This document shows positions 8,820 to 16,665 of a stretch of 64,000 bases of DNA, piece after piece. A program made the position numbers and the translations under genes. The stretch spans positions 1 through 64,000 of the IMG/VR virus record IMGVR_UViG_3300049215_000771; one strand, written 5' to 3'. Position 1 is the stretch's first letter. Each line of letters opens with the position of its first letter. The notes under the pieces were generated by a model, which was not told the origin of the DNA, made no database searches, and worked only from the letters and a program-made list of their open reading frames with translations.

Positions 8820-9277
8820 TGATGGGATCGCAGTCGGATTGGGAGACAATGAAGGGGGCGACCGAGATATTGGATATGCTCGTCATTCCCTACGAAGCCA
8901 AGGTGGTGTCGGCACACAGGACGCCTGACCTGATGTTTCAATATGCGGAGAGGGCTGAAGGAAGGTTGGATGCCATTATCGCCGGGGCAGGAGGAGCAGC
9001 CCATTTGCCTGGGATGCTGGCCTCAAAAACACAAGTGCCTGTCTACGGCGTGCCGGTTCAATCGAAAGCCTTCAATGGCCTGGATTCGCTGTTGTCGATT
9101 GTGCAGATGCCCGCTGGTGTTGGAGTAGCGACGTTCGCTGTGGGCCATGTTGGAGCAAGGAATGCGGCGCTGCATGTGGCACAATGGTTGGCGAAGTTCG
9201 ATGACAGGATCGCCGTGAAGTTGAGGAATTTTCGGGCCAACCAGATGGAAATGGTGTTGAGGGCGAAGTTGGAGTGA
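8804..9277 (+). CDS. purE: N5-carboxyaminoimidazole ribonucleotide mutase
   Basis: VMGSQSDW...VSAHRTP...[13 protein letters not shown]...[13 protein letters not shown]. Confidence 0.96.
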   Translation: MLVGVVMGSQSDWETMKGATEILDMLVIPYEAKVVSAHRTPDLMFQYAERAEGRLDAIIAGAGGAAHLPGMLASKTQVPVYGVPVQSKAFNGLDSLLSIVQMPAGVGVATFAVGHVGARNAALHVAQWLAKFDDRIAVKLRNFRANQMEMVLRAKLE

Positions 9278-9489
9278 TGATGGTTGTTGTGTTGCGGTGG
9301 TATTACGATGGAAGGGACGGAACACCGATCCTTCCTGAATTGTCTGGAGTGTTTGGGCCGTTTCCTGACCGTGCGGCAGCGAACAAGTGGATCAGCACTG
9401 CATCGACATGGGGTGGTTGGGGCGAGTACAAATACCAGGTTGAAGACCTACATACACCCGTGGTGGAAGATGAAGCAGGCTCGACTTAA
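9274..9489 (+). CDS. hypothetical protein
   Basis: Coupled to purE stop. Confidence 0.5.
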   Translation: MMMVVVLRWYYDGRDGTPILPELSGVFGPFPDRAAANKWISTASTWGGWGEYKYQVEDLHTPVVEDEAGST

Positions 9490-9676
9490 CATCCTGGATT
9501 ATATGTCGCCGGTCAACGCCTTGGAGTTTGTCAGAATTCTTCACGAACACAAGGATGCGAAAGGAGTTGTCAAGATCGACCTGGGGCATGGGATGATTGT
9601 GGATTGTCAACTTGATGGTAAGTTCAATCCGCCACGGTCGATTGATTCGCCGCCAACGCCGGAAGACGAACGATAG
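9470..9676 (+). CDS. hypothetical protein
   Basis: Short ORF before tRNA-Ala. Confidence 0.5.
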   Translation: MKQARLNILDYMSPVNALEFVRILHEHKDAKGVVKIDLGHGMIVDCQLDGKFNPPRSIDSPPTPEDER

Positions 9677-9680
9677 TAAT

Positions 9681-9752
9681 GGGGTCATGGTGAAATTGGG
9701 ATCACGCTAGAATGGCATTCTGGAATTCGGGGTTCGAGTCCCCGTGGCTCCA
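9681..9752 (+). tRNA. tRNA-Ala(GGC)
   Basis: G3:U70; CTAGA-ATGGCAT-TCTGG. Confidence 0.88.
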
Positions 9753-9753
9753 C

Positions 9754-9903
9754 TGGATCAAACCGGCCCCGGAAGGGGCTAACTCGCAGGGCGTAGTCCC
9801 GTGCAAGTTCTCGTAGCCAACAGCGCAAGTTGTTGGACTGGACCCTAGCGGGGGCTGTAATGGTTGTCAGTCACCCACCCTGGAGAACCATCAAGTTGAT
9901 CCA
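9754..9903 (+). ncRNA. candidate structured ncRNA between tRNAs
   Basis: TGGATCAA/TTGATCCA closing stem; GGCCCC-GGAA-GGGGCT, CCAACAGC-GCAA-GTTGTTGG, GTTCTC/GAGAAC. Confidence 0.5.
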
Positions 9904-9911
9904 ATTTGTTC

Positions 9912-9985
<74 letters not shown>

Positions 9986-10004
9986 CTGCGGGCATTTGGT
10001 GAGC

Positions 10005-10075
10005 GGGCATTTGGTGAAAGGGTATCACGCTACTATGACACGGTAGAATACCAGGTTCGAGTCCTGGACTGCCCA
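10005..10075 (+). tRNA. tRNA-Val(GAC), second variant
   Basis: CTACT-ATGACAC-GGTAG; 15-bp duplication GCGGGCATTTGGTGA at 9988-10017. Confidence 0.8.
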
Positions 10076-10087
10076 CTGGAGAAAGCG

Positions 10088-10312
10088 ATGATGTACTACA
10101 GCTACAAGAAAACCATCCGAACGACTTCAACCAGGCCCGAAGGCGAGGTTGAAGAATTGGTGATCGAGCAATGCACCGGCCCGGAGGCGAAAGCCAAGAT
10201 GGAAGAAGCCGACAAGATAACGGAAGGTGCCGAGAAGAAGATGGAACAAACCTTCGCCAAGATGGATCGCTTCTTCAACAAAATGAGTGAAGCCTTCAAG
10301 GAACTGTGGTGA
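10088..10312 (+). CDS. hypothetical protein
   Basis: GGAG RBS. Confidence 0.55.
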   Translation: MMYYSYKKTIRTTSTRPEGEVEELVIEQCTGPEAKAKMEEADKITEGAEKKMEQTFAKMDRFFNKMSEAFKELW

Positions 10313-10472
10313 TGGTTTTCGGGCATGTTATTGCTGGCGCAGGGTTGTTTCTCCTGGTTTTGAACAGGCTGGGGTCGAAGTGGGATGACCCTGTGGCAAA
10401 TAGCCAAGCGTTCAAGATTGGATTGGGCATGTTTGGTATTGGTGAGACATTGGCCTGGGGAATTTACACGCT

Positions 10473-10543
10473 GGGGTCATGGTGAAATGGGATCACACCT
10501 GGTTCGCAATCAGGAATTCGGGGTTCAAATCCCCGTGGCTCCA
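10473..10543 (+). tRNA. tRNA-Ala(CGC)
   Basis: G3:U70; CCTGG-TTCGCAA-TCAGG. Confidence 0.9.
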
Positions 10544-10553
10544 CTGACAAACG

Positions 10554-10979
10554 ATGGCCTTGAGGGTTAGTACGATGGATGCCCCTGTGACCGAAGTTGT
10601 GTCGGCTCCCGTTGAGCCTGCGAAACGTCATCCGAGTGCGCTGGCTCCGCTGGCGGCTTTCAACGACCAGAAAACGCTGCTGAAGTTCTACCCGCAGGAA
10701 GATGGTTCCTGCCTGGTGGTCTTCTGGTGCCCCGGCTGTAAAGAAACCCACACCTACAAGGTGGGAACCTTCATGGGCGTCGGCGAGTGGGGCTTCATGA
10801 AGGACAAGCCGGTGAGGATGGACGGCTGGAAGTTCAACTGTGATCTCGAACATCCGACCTTCAGCCCGTCGCTCAAATACGACAAGTGCCATCTGTGGGT
10901 CGAGAATGGCGTCATCGACTATGGATACGACTGCGACCACAAGCTGAAGGGCAAGAAAGTGCCCCTGGAACTGTTCTGA
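10554..10979 (+). CDS. DUF6527-like Cys/His protein
   Basis: FWCPGC...W.FN.D...PTFSPSL...CH..V.NG.I.Y..DC.H.L.G. Confidence 0.7.
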   Translation: MALRVSTMDAPVTEVVSAPVEPAKRHPSALAPLAAFNDQKTLLKFYPQEDGSCLVVFWCPGCKETHTYKVGTFMGVGEWGFMKDKPVRMDGWKFNCDLEHPTFSPSLKYDKCHLWVENGVIDYGYDCDHKLKGKKVPLELF

Positions 10980-11593
10980 TGCTTCCCGATAAGCTGAACC
11001 TATATTTCGACGGATCGTGCGGGCCTAACAACCCAGGCGGCACGGCAGGATATGCGTGGCGACTGGTGGACCCCGATACCGGCAAAGTATTGGCCCAGGA
11101 CTGCGGCGAAGTATGCCGAGGCCCAACGGCGACGAACAATATCGGCGAGTGGGGCGCTGTCAAGGCGGGGCTGGAACACCTTGCCGAGAAGGGCTGGAAG
11201 GGAGAACTCAATATCCGAGGCGACAGCCAGTTGGTGATATACCAGCTAATCGGCAAGTATAAATGTCGCAAAGACACATTGATTCCCTTCTACGAGGCGT
11301 GTATGCTTATCTTGGAAGGCTGGACGTGGGACGCTCACTGGATTCCAAGGGAGCAAAACGATGAATGCGACCGAATGTCCAAGCAAGCCTACGCCCCTGG
11401 CAGACGAGGCACAGGAGATATACAACGACCTGTGGAACGATTGCAAAGAGATTCGGGAGATCATGGAGGAGTACGGTCTGAGTTGGTCGGACGTGGCAAG
11501 AAGTCTCGAAGAACACGGGCCACACAGCGGAATGGACCTGGACAAACCCAACCGCTGCCGGGTGAGGAGACGCCAGAAGTGGCGTTCGATTGA
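10979..11593 (+). CDS. rnhA: ribonuclease HI-like protein (second paralogue)
   Basis: LYFDGSC...ATNNIGEW...GDSQLVIYQL.G.YK...WIPREQNDECD. Confidence 0.88.
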   Translation: MLPDKLNLYFDGSCGPNNPGGTAGYAWRLVDPDTGKVLAQDCGEVCRGPTATNNIGEWGAVKAGLEHLAEKGWKGELNIRGDSQLVIYQLIGKYKCRKDTLIPFYEACMLILEGWTWDAHWIPREQNDECDRMSKQAYAPGRRGTGDIQRPVERLQRDSGDHGGVRSELVGRGKKSRRTRATQRNGPGQTQPLPGEETPEVAFD

Positions 11594-11600
11594 TGACTGA
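11361..11600 (+). CDS. RSIDD-tagged hypothetical protein
   Basis: Ends RRRQKWRSIDD*; overlaps the RNase H tail in another frame. Confidence 0.6.
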   Translation: MNATECPSKPTPLADEAQEIYNDLWNDCKEIREIMEEYGLSWSDVARSLEEHGPHSGMDLDKPNRCRVRRRQKWRSIDD

Positions 11601-11901
11601 ACAGGAACATGATGCCAGCCTGGGTCGTATGATACGACATTTCGCCAGGTTTCACGGCGGGGCGATCCTGACGTGTTTTATTCTGATCTGTTTCTTCGGC
11701 GATGGCCAGAAAACAGGACACTGGATCATGTGGACTAGCGTAGGCTGCGGGGCGGTAATCACCTATCTGTTGTGGAGAAGCGACAGAAGGCGTCGGAAGG
11801 AAGAAGAAATGTCCGGTGGGTGTGACGGAAGCACAAGGGTCTACGAAGCCCTTAGAACAGGTTCGACTCCTGTACCGGATACTGAAAGGAAAGATGGTTG
11901 A
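11593..11901 (+). CDS. membrane hypothetical protein
   Basis: Two hydrophobic segments; reads through tRNA-Arg. Confidence 0.5.
   Translation: MTEQEHDASLGRMIRHFARFHGGAILTCFILICFFGDGQKTGHWIMWTSVGCGAVITYLLWRSDRRRRKEEEMSGGCDGSTRVYEALRTGSTPVPDTERKDG
11811..11881 (+). tRNA. tRNA-Arg(ACG)
   Basis: AGGGT-CTACGAA-GCCCT; T loop TTCGACT. Confidence 0.85.
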
Positions 11902-12097
11902 CTACAACTACCCTTTCGTTTGCCCTCACTGCGGTAGCAAATGGTCGGCGGCTGAGTTTCTGGAGGAGCATATCTGGTATGACCACCAGGATGTAACGAA
12001 GGCTGAGATCGCCGATTGGTTCGCCAAGGAGTACAACCTCGATCCTGACGAAGTAAGCCAGGAAGATGTTGACCGGGAGTGGGAAGGTCGAGGATGA
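11894..12097 (+). CDS. C2H2 zinc-finger-like protein
   Basis: FVCPHCG......LEEHIWYDH. Confidence 0.6.
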   Translation: MVDYNYPFVCPHCGSKWSAAEFLEEHIWYDHQDVTKAEIADWFAKEYNLDPDEVSQEDVDREWEGRG

Positions 12098-12351
12098 AAC
12101 TTTTCTGCGTCAGTTGTTTGATTCGGAACACCAGACAGGCCATGTCTGGTTACATCTTCGCTGACGATGAAGAAGAAGCCCGGAAGATATTTCGACAATA
12201 CCTTCCAGTTGAACATGACATCGTGGTAGACGAGATCGAACAGGAGAAGGGTCTGCTGACGATGGTGACGAACGACCGGGCGGTACTGTTGAAGTATTAC
12301 CCGAAAACAACCGATAGGTGTACTGGAGGCACACAGCCCTGCGAAGGCTGA
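12094..12351 (+). CDS. hypothetical protein
   Basis: ATGA coupling. Confidence 0.5.
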   Translation: MKLFCVSCLIRNTRQAMSGYIFADDEEEARKIFRQYLPVEHDIVVDEIEQEKGLLTMVTNDRAVLLKYYPKTTDRCTGGTQPCEG

Positions 12352-12379
12352 GGAGCGGGTTCGACTCCCGCATCGGTTA
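12309..12379 (+). tRNA. tRNA-Arg(GCG)
   Basis: CAGCC-CTGCGAA-GGCTG; AACCGAT/ATCGGTT acceptor. Confidence 0.82.
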
Positions 12380-12380
12380 C

Positions 12381-12468
12381 TGCGACCAAATGCCAGAAGG
12401 GATTACATTCATTTGATAAGTGAAATGCTGGCCTAGCCAGCTAGTCTCTTCACCAGTTGTTGGTCGCA
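12381..12468 (+). ncRNA. free-standing Y-RNA-like element A (no tRNA body)
   Basis: TGCGACCAA/TTGGTCGCA terminal stem; ATGCCA-GAAGGGA-TTACAT...AG-TCTCTTC-ACCAGTTG; T-run follows. Confidence 0.7.
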
Positions 12469-12492
12469 ATTTTCCAACACGGGGCCGGAACA

Positions 12493-12834
12493 GTGGCGGT
12501 TAAAAGGAAAACGGTCGAATGTGAGTGTGGCGAAGTTTTCAACGACCTGCGCACTCATCTCCTGGGCAACCTAATCTTTGGTCCCTGGAAGGCCAAAACG
12601 CATCGTGTGAGGGAAACAAAGTCCAAAAGCGGTGGCGATATACTTGTCGCCGTGTGGGAACGAACAGTAGAATGTGGGAAGTGCGGCGGCGAACTGCTGA
12701 AGGAAAAACGACAGTACGAGTTGTCACCACCAGCAGATGTGACAAAACCAGAACCAATCAGCTACTACAGCAGTAGGGAGTTGATTGTCCGAGGGTCCGA
12801 GGGAGCAGATGGAATAATTCGGATGACGGCGTAG
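12493..12834 (+). CDS. Zn-ribbon hypothetical protein
   Basis: VECECGE...VECGKCG; start uncertain. Confidence 0.5.
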   Translation: MAVKRKTVECECGEVFNDLRTHLLGNLIFGPWKAKTHRVRETKSKSGGDILVAVWERTVECGKCGGELLKEKRQYELSPPADVTKPEPISYYSSRELIVRGSEGADGIIRMTA

Positions 12835-12844
12835 ATAGATTGAT

Positions 12845-12915
12845 GCCCGGTGGGTGTGACGGAAGCACGCAGCGCCTCGAACGCTGTAGAACGGGTTCGA
12901 CTCCTGTACCGGGTG
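12845..12915 (+). tRNA. tRNA-Arg(TCG), C33 variant
   Basis: CAGCG-CCTCGAA-CGCTG. Confidence 0.8.
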
Positions 12916-12988
12916 CTAAAGGTCGAGCATTTAAGTTCCTACGAGTAATCGTAGGCAGACTCTTTCTCGACCTTGAATCAGCGAGTGT

Positions 12989-13078
12989 ATTGTGGTCCAA
13001 ATGCTAAGGTGGGATTACATCTTTTCCAACAAGAAGAAGCCGAAAGGCAGTCTCATCACCAATTTGTTGGACCACAAT
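12989..13078 (+). ncRNA. free-standing Y-RNA-like element B (no tRNA body)
   Basis: ATTGTGGTCCAA/TTGGACCACAAT terminal stem; ATGCTAA-GGTGGGA-TTACAT...GCC-GAAA-GGC-AG-TCTCATC-ACCAATTTG; T-run follows. Confidence 0.72.
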
Positions 13079-13105
13079 TTTTCAACATGAAAGGTAGTGT
13101 GCTAT

Positions 13106-13183
13106 ATGGCTAAAGAAAAATCTCCGAAGAAGGAAAAAAAGAAGCCGAAGAAGAAGGACAAGGACAAGAAGCCGAGCAAGTAA
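13106..13183 (+). CDS. 25-aa Lys-rich peptide
   Basis: MAKEKSPKKEKKKPKKKDKDKKPSK*; AAGG upstream; stop abuts the next tRNA. Confidence 0.55.
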   Translation: MAKEKSPKKEKKKPKKKDKDKKPSK

Positions 13184-13277
13184 GCCCTTGTAGCTCAATT
13201 GGTAGAGCATCTGACTCTTGTGCTAGAAAGCACCCAAGTTAATCAGAGGGTTCAGGGTTCGAGTCCCTGCGAGGGCA
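13184..13277 (+). tRNA. tRNA-Lys(CTT) (or Asn GTT) with 21-nt insertion in the anticodon loop
   Basis: Normal acceptor, D and T arms; TCTGA-CTCTT[GTGCTAGAAAGCACCCAAGTT]AA-TCAGA; A73 favours Lys. Confidence 0.75.
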
Positions 13278-13279
13278 CT

Positions 13280-13707
13280 GCGAAGGAGAACTGGCGTTAC
13301 CTTAACCATCAGGGAGGCTGTTCGATTGTACTTCGCTGTCACAAAACCTCACGCTTCGGCAATGGGGGACAATGCTCGTGTAGCGAAGAAGGCGTAAGCC
13401 CACTGGAAACGGTGAGAGTCCCGTAGCTGTCCATGCTAATGGTCATGGAGAAATTCAGTAGTCCTTGGTCGGAAATCAAGGATGATGCTAGTTGGCGGGG
13501 TGACGGCCCACCAAGGCTGGACCGCATGGACCGGCACATGCAGCTTCGGCGAAGAAATTGTGTCGCCACGAGAGCTAATCGACAATCTCTGGACAAGGCC
13601 CATTCAGGGCGCAAGCCTATCTTCGGATGGCGAGTGTACTCTGACCCGTAGGGATGAAGCGGACTCCTGCCCCGGACTGATTCCGCAGAGAGGGGCCGAT
13701 TAGCAAT
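13280..13707 (+). ncRNA. candidate large structured ncRNA (~430 nt)
   Basis: No convincing ORF; many tetraloop hairpins (GGC-GTAA-GCC, CACTG-GAAA-CGGTG, TCCTTGGT/ATCAAGGA, GGC-GCAA-GCC, TATC-TTCG-GATG). Confidence 0.5.
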
Positions 13708-13709
13708 AT

Positions 13710-13783
13710 GGTGGTGTAGGTTAGCTGGCTAAACCGCCTCTCTCATAAGGAGGAGATCGTGGGTTCGAGTCCCACCACCACTA
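13710..13783 (+). tRNA. tRNA-Met/Ile2(CAT)
   Basis: CCTCT-CTCATAA-GGAGG. Confidence 0.85.
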
Positions 13784-13788
13784 CTACT

Positions 13789-14031
13789 ATGGACGACAAA
13801 ATCTTCAAGGTGCCGGACGCAGGCGAAAACGTCGTTATCCGAATCTTGCCGCCGAAGAAGGTTATGCCGTTTTATGCGACAAGGGTTCACAGGCTGCATC
13901 AGAAGAACAAAGCCTGCCCGATCTGTGAGTACGAGAAGCAATTGTCGGAAAAGCAGAAAGCCAATGGCGCAGGTGGAAGGAAGAAGAAGCGCTGGAGGAA
14001 TATCGACGAGCCTTGGGAGGCTTCGTCGTAG
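13789..14031 (+). CDS. gp32-like SSB N-terminal fragment with RSIDD-type tag
   Basis: GENVVIRILPP...H...CPICEY then KKKRWRNIDEPWEASS*. Confidence 0.6.
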   Translation: MDDKIFKVPDAGENVVIRILPPKKVMPFYATRVHRLHQKNKACPICEYEKQLSEKQKANGAGGRKKKRWRNIDEPWEASS

Positions 14032-14059
14032 GTCGCCCTTAGCACGAGGAGGAGTCCGA

Positions 14060-14599
14060 ATGAAAACGATTTGGTCTGCTTTTTCCATCGGGATCATCTT
14101 GATCTTGCTGGGTTGTCATCCGACACCCGCCCCCAATGCGACGGCTCAACCGGCCAAGGCAGCACCGGCTGCGGCTGGCGGGCAGAACGCCGTCGAGGAG
14201 CAAGGCAAGTATGTGAATTCGGCGAGCGCCAGGCTCGTCAAACTCATCAACCTGGGCAACGAGGCCGGCTTCAAGTTGCCGCATCACTCGTTCAGCGGCG
14301 GTGGGGGTTGGCTGTCTTCTGGTGAGGACAAGTGGGTGTCGCTGTACACCGTGCGGTTGGAGTCCACCAAGGACTACCGATTCCTGGCGGCGGGCGACAT
14401 GGATGCGAAGGTGTTGAACCTTCAGGTCTGCAACGTGGACGGCAAGGTGTTGGCGAACGATACTGACAATGACAGTCAGGCCGTGCTGAACTTCACGCCG
14501 AAGCAGACGGATCGGTACACCATCAAGATCAGGCTCAGGTCGTCGAAAGGCGGCGAGCAAGCGTTCTGTTTCGCCATGATGATGGAACGCAAACGGTAA
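14060..14599 (+). CDS. putative lipoprotein with PPC-like beta domain
   Basis: Signal peptide ending LLGC; AGDMDAKVLNLQV...F.P....Y.I.I. Confidence 0.65.
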   Translation: MKTIWSAFSIGIILILLGCHPTPAPNATAQPAKAAPAAAGGQNAVEEQGKYVNSASARLVKLINLGNEAGFKLPHHSFSGGGGWLSSGEDKWVSLYTVRLESTKDYRFLAAGDMDAKVLNLQVCNVDGKVLANDTDNDSQAVLNFTPKQTDRYTIKIRLRSSKGGEQAFCFAMMMERKR

Positions 14600-14630
14600 A
14601 CTCACTGCTCGCAGTGAGTTTCACTGCGAG

Positions 14631-14702
14631 GGGCGTTTAGCTCAGTGGTAGAGCGCCTGGATCACACCCAGGAGGCCGCTGGTTCAATCCCAGCAACGCC
14701 CA
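14631..14702 (+). tRNA. tRNA-Val(CAC)
   Basis: Cloverleaf; CCTGG-ATCACAC-CCAGG. Confidence 0.9.
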
Positions 14703-14779
14703 CTTCCGATGATACGCTGTAGCGTGTCGTCAGGCTGAAACAACAGCGTATTGGCCGCAATGCGACCGATGGGAAGTTA

Positions 14780-14904
14780 GGCCGGGTAGTGTAACGGTAG
14801 CACGGGTAAAAGCAGTCTCAGCGCCAATTTGTCCTACGGGAATGCTTAGTTGGGATTACATCCATTACCAGGACCAAGTACAGGTTCAATTCCTGTCCCG
14901 GCCT
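14780..14904 (+). ncRNA. tRNA-scaffolded Y-RNA-like chimera, copy 4
   Basis: GGCCGGG/CCCGGCC acceptor, D and T arms; core identical to copy 1. Confidence 0.75.
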
Positions 14905-14920
14905 CTGTAGGAACACAACG

Positions 14921-15130
14921 ATGAAGGTTTGCGATGCCTGTGGTTGTTCTGATGCCAAGCATCAGGAAGTCGGCGGTGTCGGGGTGGAAGTCAAAGGCTA
15001 CCATCACCAGCATCATACTCACCGTGGAAAGCCCTGGTATTGGACTCTGGATTTGTGCCCGAAGTGTGCAGGTCAATTGAAGGATGAACTTGATGCTGTA
15101 ATTCGGACTTTCAAGGAAGGTGGAAGCTAG
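14921..15130 (+). CDS. Zn-finger hypothetical protein
   Basis: CDAC...DLCPKC. Confidence 0.6.
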   Translation: MKVCDACGCSDAKHQEVGGVGVEVKGYHHQHHTHRGKPWYWTLDLCPKCAGQLKDELDAVIRTFKEGGS

Positions 15131-15285
15131 GTGGCGGAACCAGACGCACCACTGACAAGAACGCAGGTGGCGGTACGCTAACCCATCATGTATGTCCGGG
15201 GAGGGTGTCGGCTGTAGCCTCGTACCCCTGCATGGTGGTGTCCCCGACAGGACTGTACTTTGTAGGTTGGACTCCTACCCTAGCA
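15126..15285 (+). ncRNA. tRNA-like RNA with ~110-nt central insertion
   Basis: GCTAGG/CCTAGC acceptor, Leu-type TGGCGGAA..AGACGC D arm, GTAGG-TTGGACT-CCTAC T arm; insert hairpin CCATCATGTA/TGCATGGTGG. Confidence 0.55.
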
Positions 15286-15299
15286 CTGGAATCATTTAT

Positions 15300-15369
15300 T
15301 GCGGGGGCGCTGGGCCGCAGGCAGGTCTTTGAAGCCAGCCGTGGAGAGTTCGATCCTCTCACCCGCTGC
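15300..15369 (+). tRNA. degenerate tRNA-Gln(TTG)
   Basis: CTTTGAA loop, GAGAG-TTCGATC-CTCTC T arm, imperfect stems. Confidence 0.5.
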
Positions 15370-15380
15370 TTGGAGAAGTG

Positions 15381-15680
15381 ATGGCAACCATCAAGATTGA
15401 CGAACTCAGGCAATGGGTTCAACAATACAAGGATGACGAAATCATCAGCGTCGGCCAGGCTGGTGCTATCAAGGCGATGGATTACTTCCTTGAAGTTTTC
15501 GGTCGTCATGGTGATCTGGTTGATGGCGGCGGCGTGCTGGTGACGAAATCGGCTCAAAACGAAACTCGCCGTTGTATCGAAATCCTCAACGCCTTCATGG
15601 GCAAGATGTCGTTGTTGGCGCTGATGAGTCTCAGCGACGAGGAACGACAGAAGGCATTGTTTGGGGATGACGATGACTAG
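15381..15680 (+). CDS. hypothetical protein
   Basis: GGAG RBS. Confidence 0.6.
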   Translation: MATIKIDELRQWVQQYKDDEIISVGQAGAIKAMDYFLEVFGRHGDLVDGGGVLVTKSAQNETRRCIEILNAFMGKMSLLALMSLSDEERQKALFGDDDD

Positions 15681-15912
15681 GCATGATGAGTTCACCCATA
15701 CCATTTCAAGTGACAATGCCCCGGAACGACTGAAGGGCAAGATCGTCAAAGCTGTCCTTACCGAAGGACAGCTTTCTTTCGAGATAGACATGCCCGACGA
15801 CCCCACTCCCAATGAGTTGGGATATTTCAAATGGTTCACTGGAGAATTGGTGGACAAGTTGAAATCCCAAACCGGCATCGGCATGACCTGTAGGGGATTG
15901 GAGAAGAAATAG
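15673..15912 (+). CDS. hypothetical protein
   Basis: Overlapping start in gene chain. Confidence 0.55.
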   Translation: MTRHDEFTHTISSDNAPERLKGKIVKAVLTEGQLSFEIDMPDDPTPNELGYFKWFTGELVDKLKSQTGIGMTCRGLEKK

Positions 15913-15918
15913 ACAGAT

Positions 15919-15991
15919 TCCCAGGTAGCTCAGTTGGTAGAGCGGCTGACTGTTAATCAGCATGTCGGGGGTTCGAGTCCCTCCCTGGGAG
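15919..15991 (+). tRNA. tRNA-Asn(GTT)
   Basis: Canonical cloverleaf; GCTGA-CTGTTAA-TCAGC. Confidence 0.95.
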
Positions 15992-15993
15992 CT

Positions 15994-16665
15994 ATGATGA
16001 AAGTTAATCAACACCTTGCCTGGACGGAAAAATACGCCAAGATTTCCAATAAGGTGTATCCAACGGAGTTGCTGGTCAGAATTCTAGCTGGCGGCAATTA
16101 CCCCAGGATGAAGATCAAAACCAGTCTGACTGGTAAGGCGCTCGATGTTGGGTGCGGTGATGGGCGTAATTTCGGCCTCCTGAAAGATGTAGGCTTCAAA
16201 GTCTACGGCACAGAGATCACCGAGGGCATCGTGTCCGTTCTGCGGGCTGCATATCCAGATGTTGAATTGGCTGTCGCCTTCAATCACTCCTTGCCCTACC
16301 CTGATGGATTTTTCGATTGCATTGTTGCGGTTCATTCCTGCTACTATCTCGAAGATGGCGTAAAATTCGCTCAGGTTGTCAACGAGTTCAAAAGAGTGCT
16401 GAGGCCGGGCGGGTTGTTCGTAGGAACCATACCCGACACTAGGAACAGTGTGCAAAAAAATGCCGTAATACACCCCGACATGGAGTGTGTGATTACAAGC
16501 GATCCATTTGGTTTGCGAAATGGATGTAGGATGCAGTTGGCAAATTCCGAAGAACGGGTGCATAACTTGTTGGAGCCGGAATTCAACGATGTGTCGGTGG
16601 GGTCGTTTCACGACAACTATTTTGGCTCGGTGGTATCCGGGTATATGTTCGTCGCATACTCATGA
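15994..16665 (+). CDS. class I SAM-dependent methyltransferase
   Basis: ALDVGCGDGRN...LPYPDGFFD...RVLRPGG. Confidence 0.88.
   Translation: MMKVNQHLAWTEKYAKISNKVYPTELLVRILAGGNYPRMKIKTSLTGKALDVGCGDGRNFGLLKDVGFKVYGTEITEGIVSVLRAAYPDVELAVAFNHSLPYPDGFFDCIVAVHSCYYLEDGVKFAQVVNEFKRVLRPGGLFVGTIPDTRNSVQKNAVIHPDMECVITSDPFGLRNGCRMQLANSEERVHNLLEPEFNDVSVGSFHDNYFGSVVSGYMFVAYS

Noticed and set aside
9470-9676. RSID in 'NPPRSIDSPP' as another tag copy
   Set aside because: Lacks the preceding aromatic/basic residues and the following acidic residue; not counted.
13280-13707. tmRNA or RNase P RNA
   Set aside because: No tRNA-Ala-like ends with a tag ORF, and no GAGGAAAGTCC-type RNase P signature.
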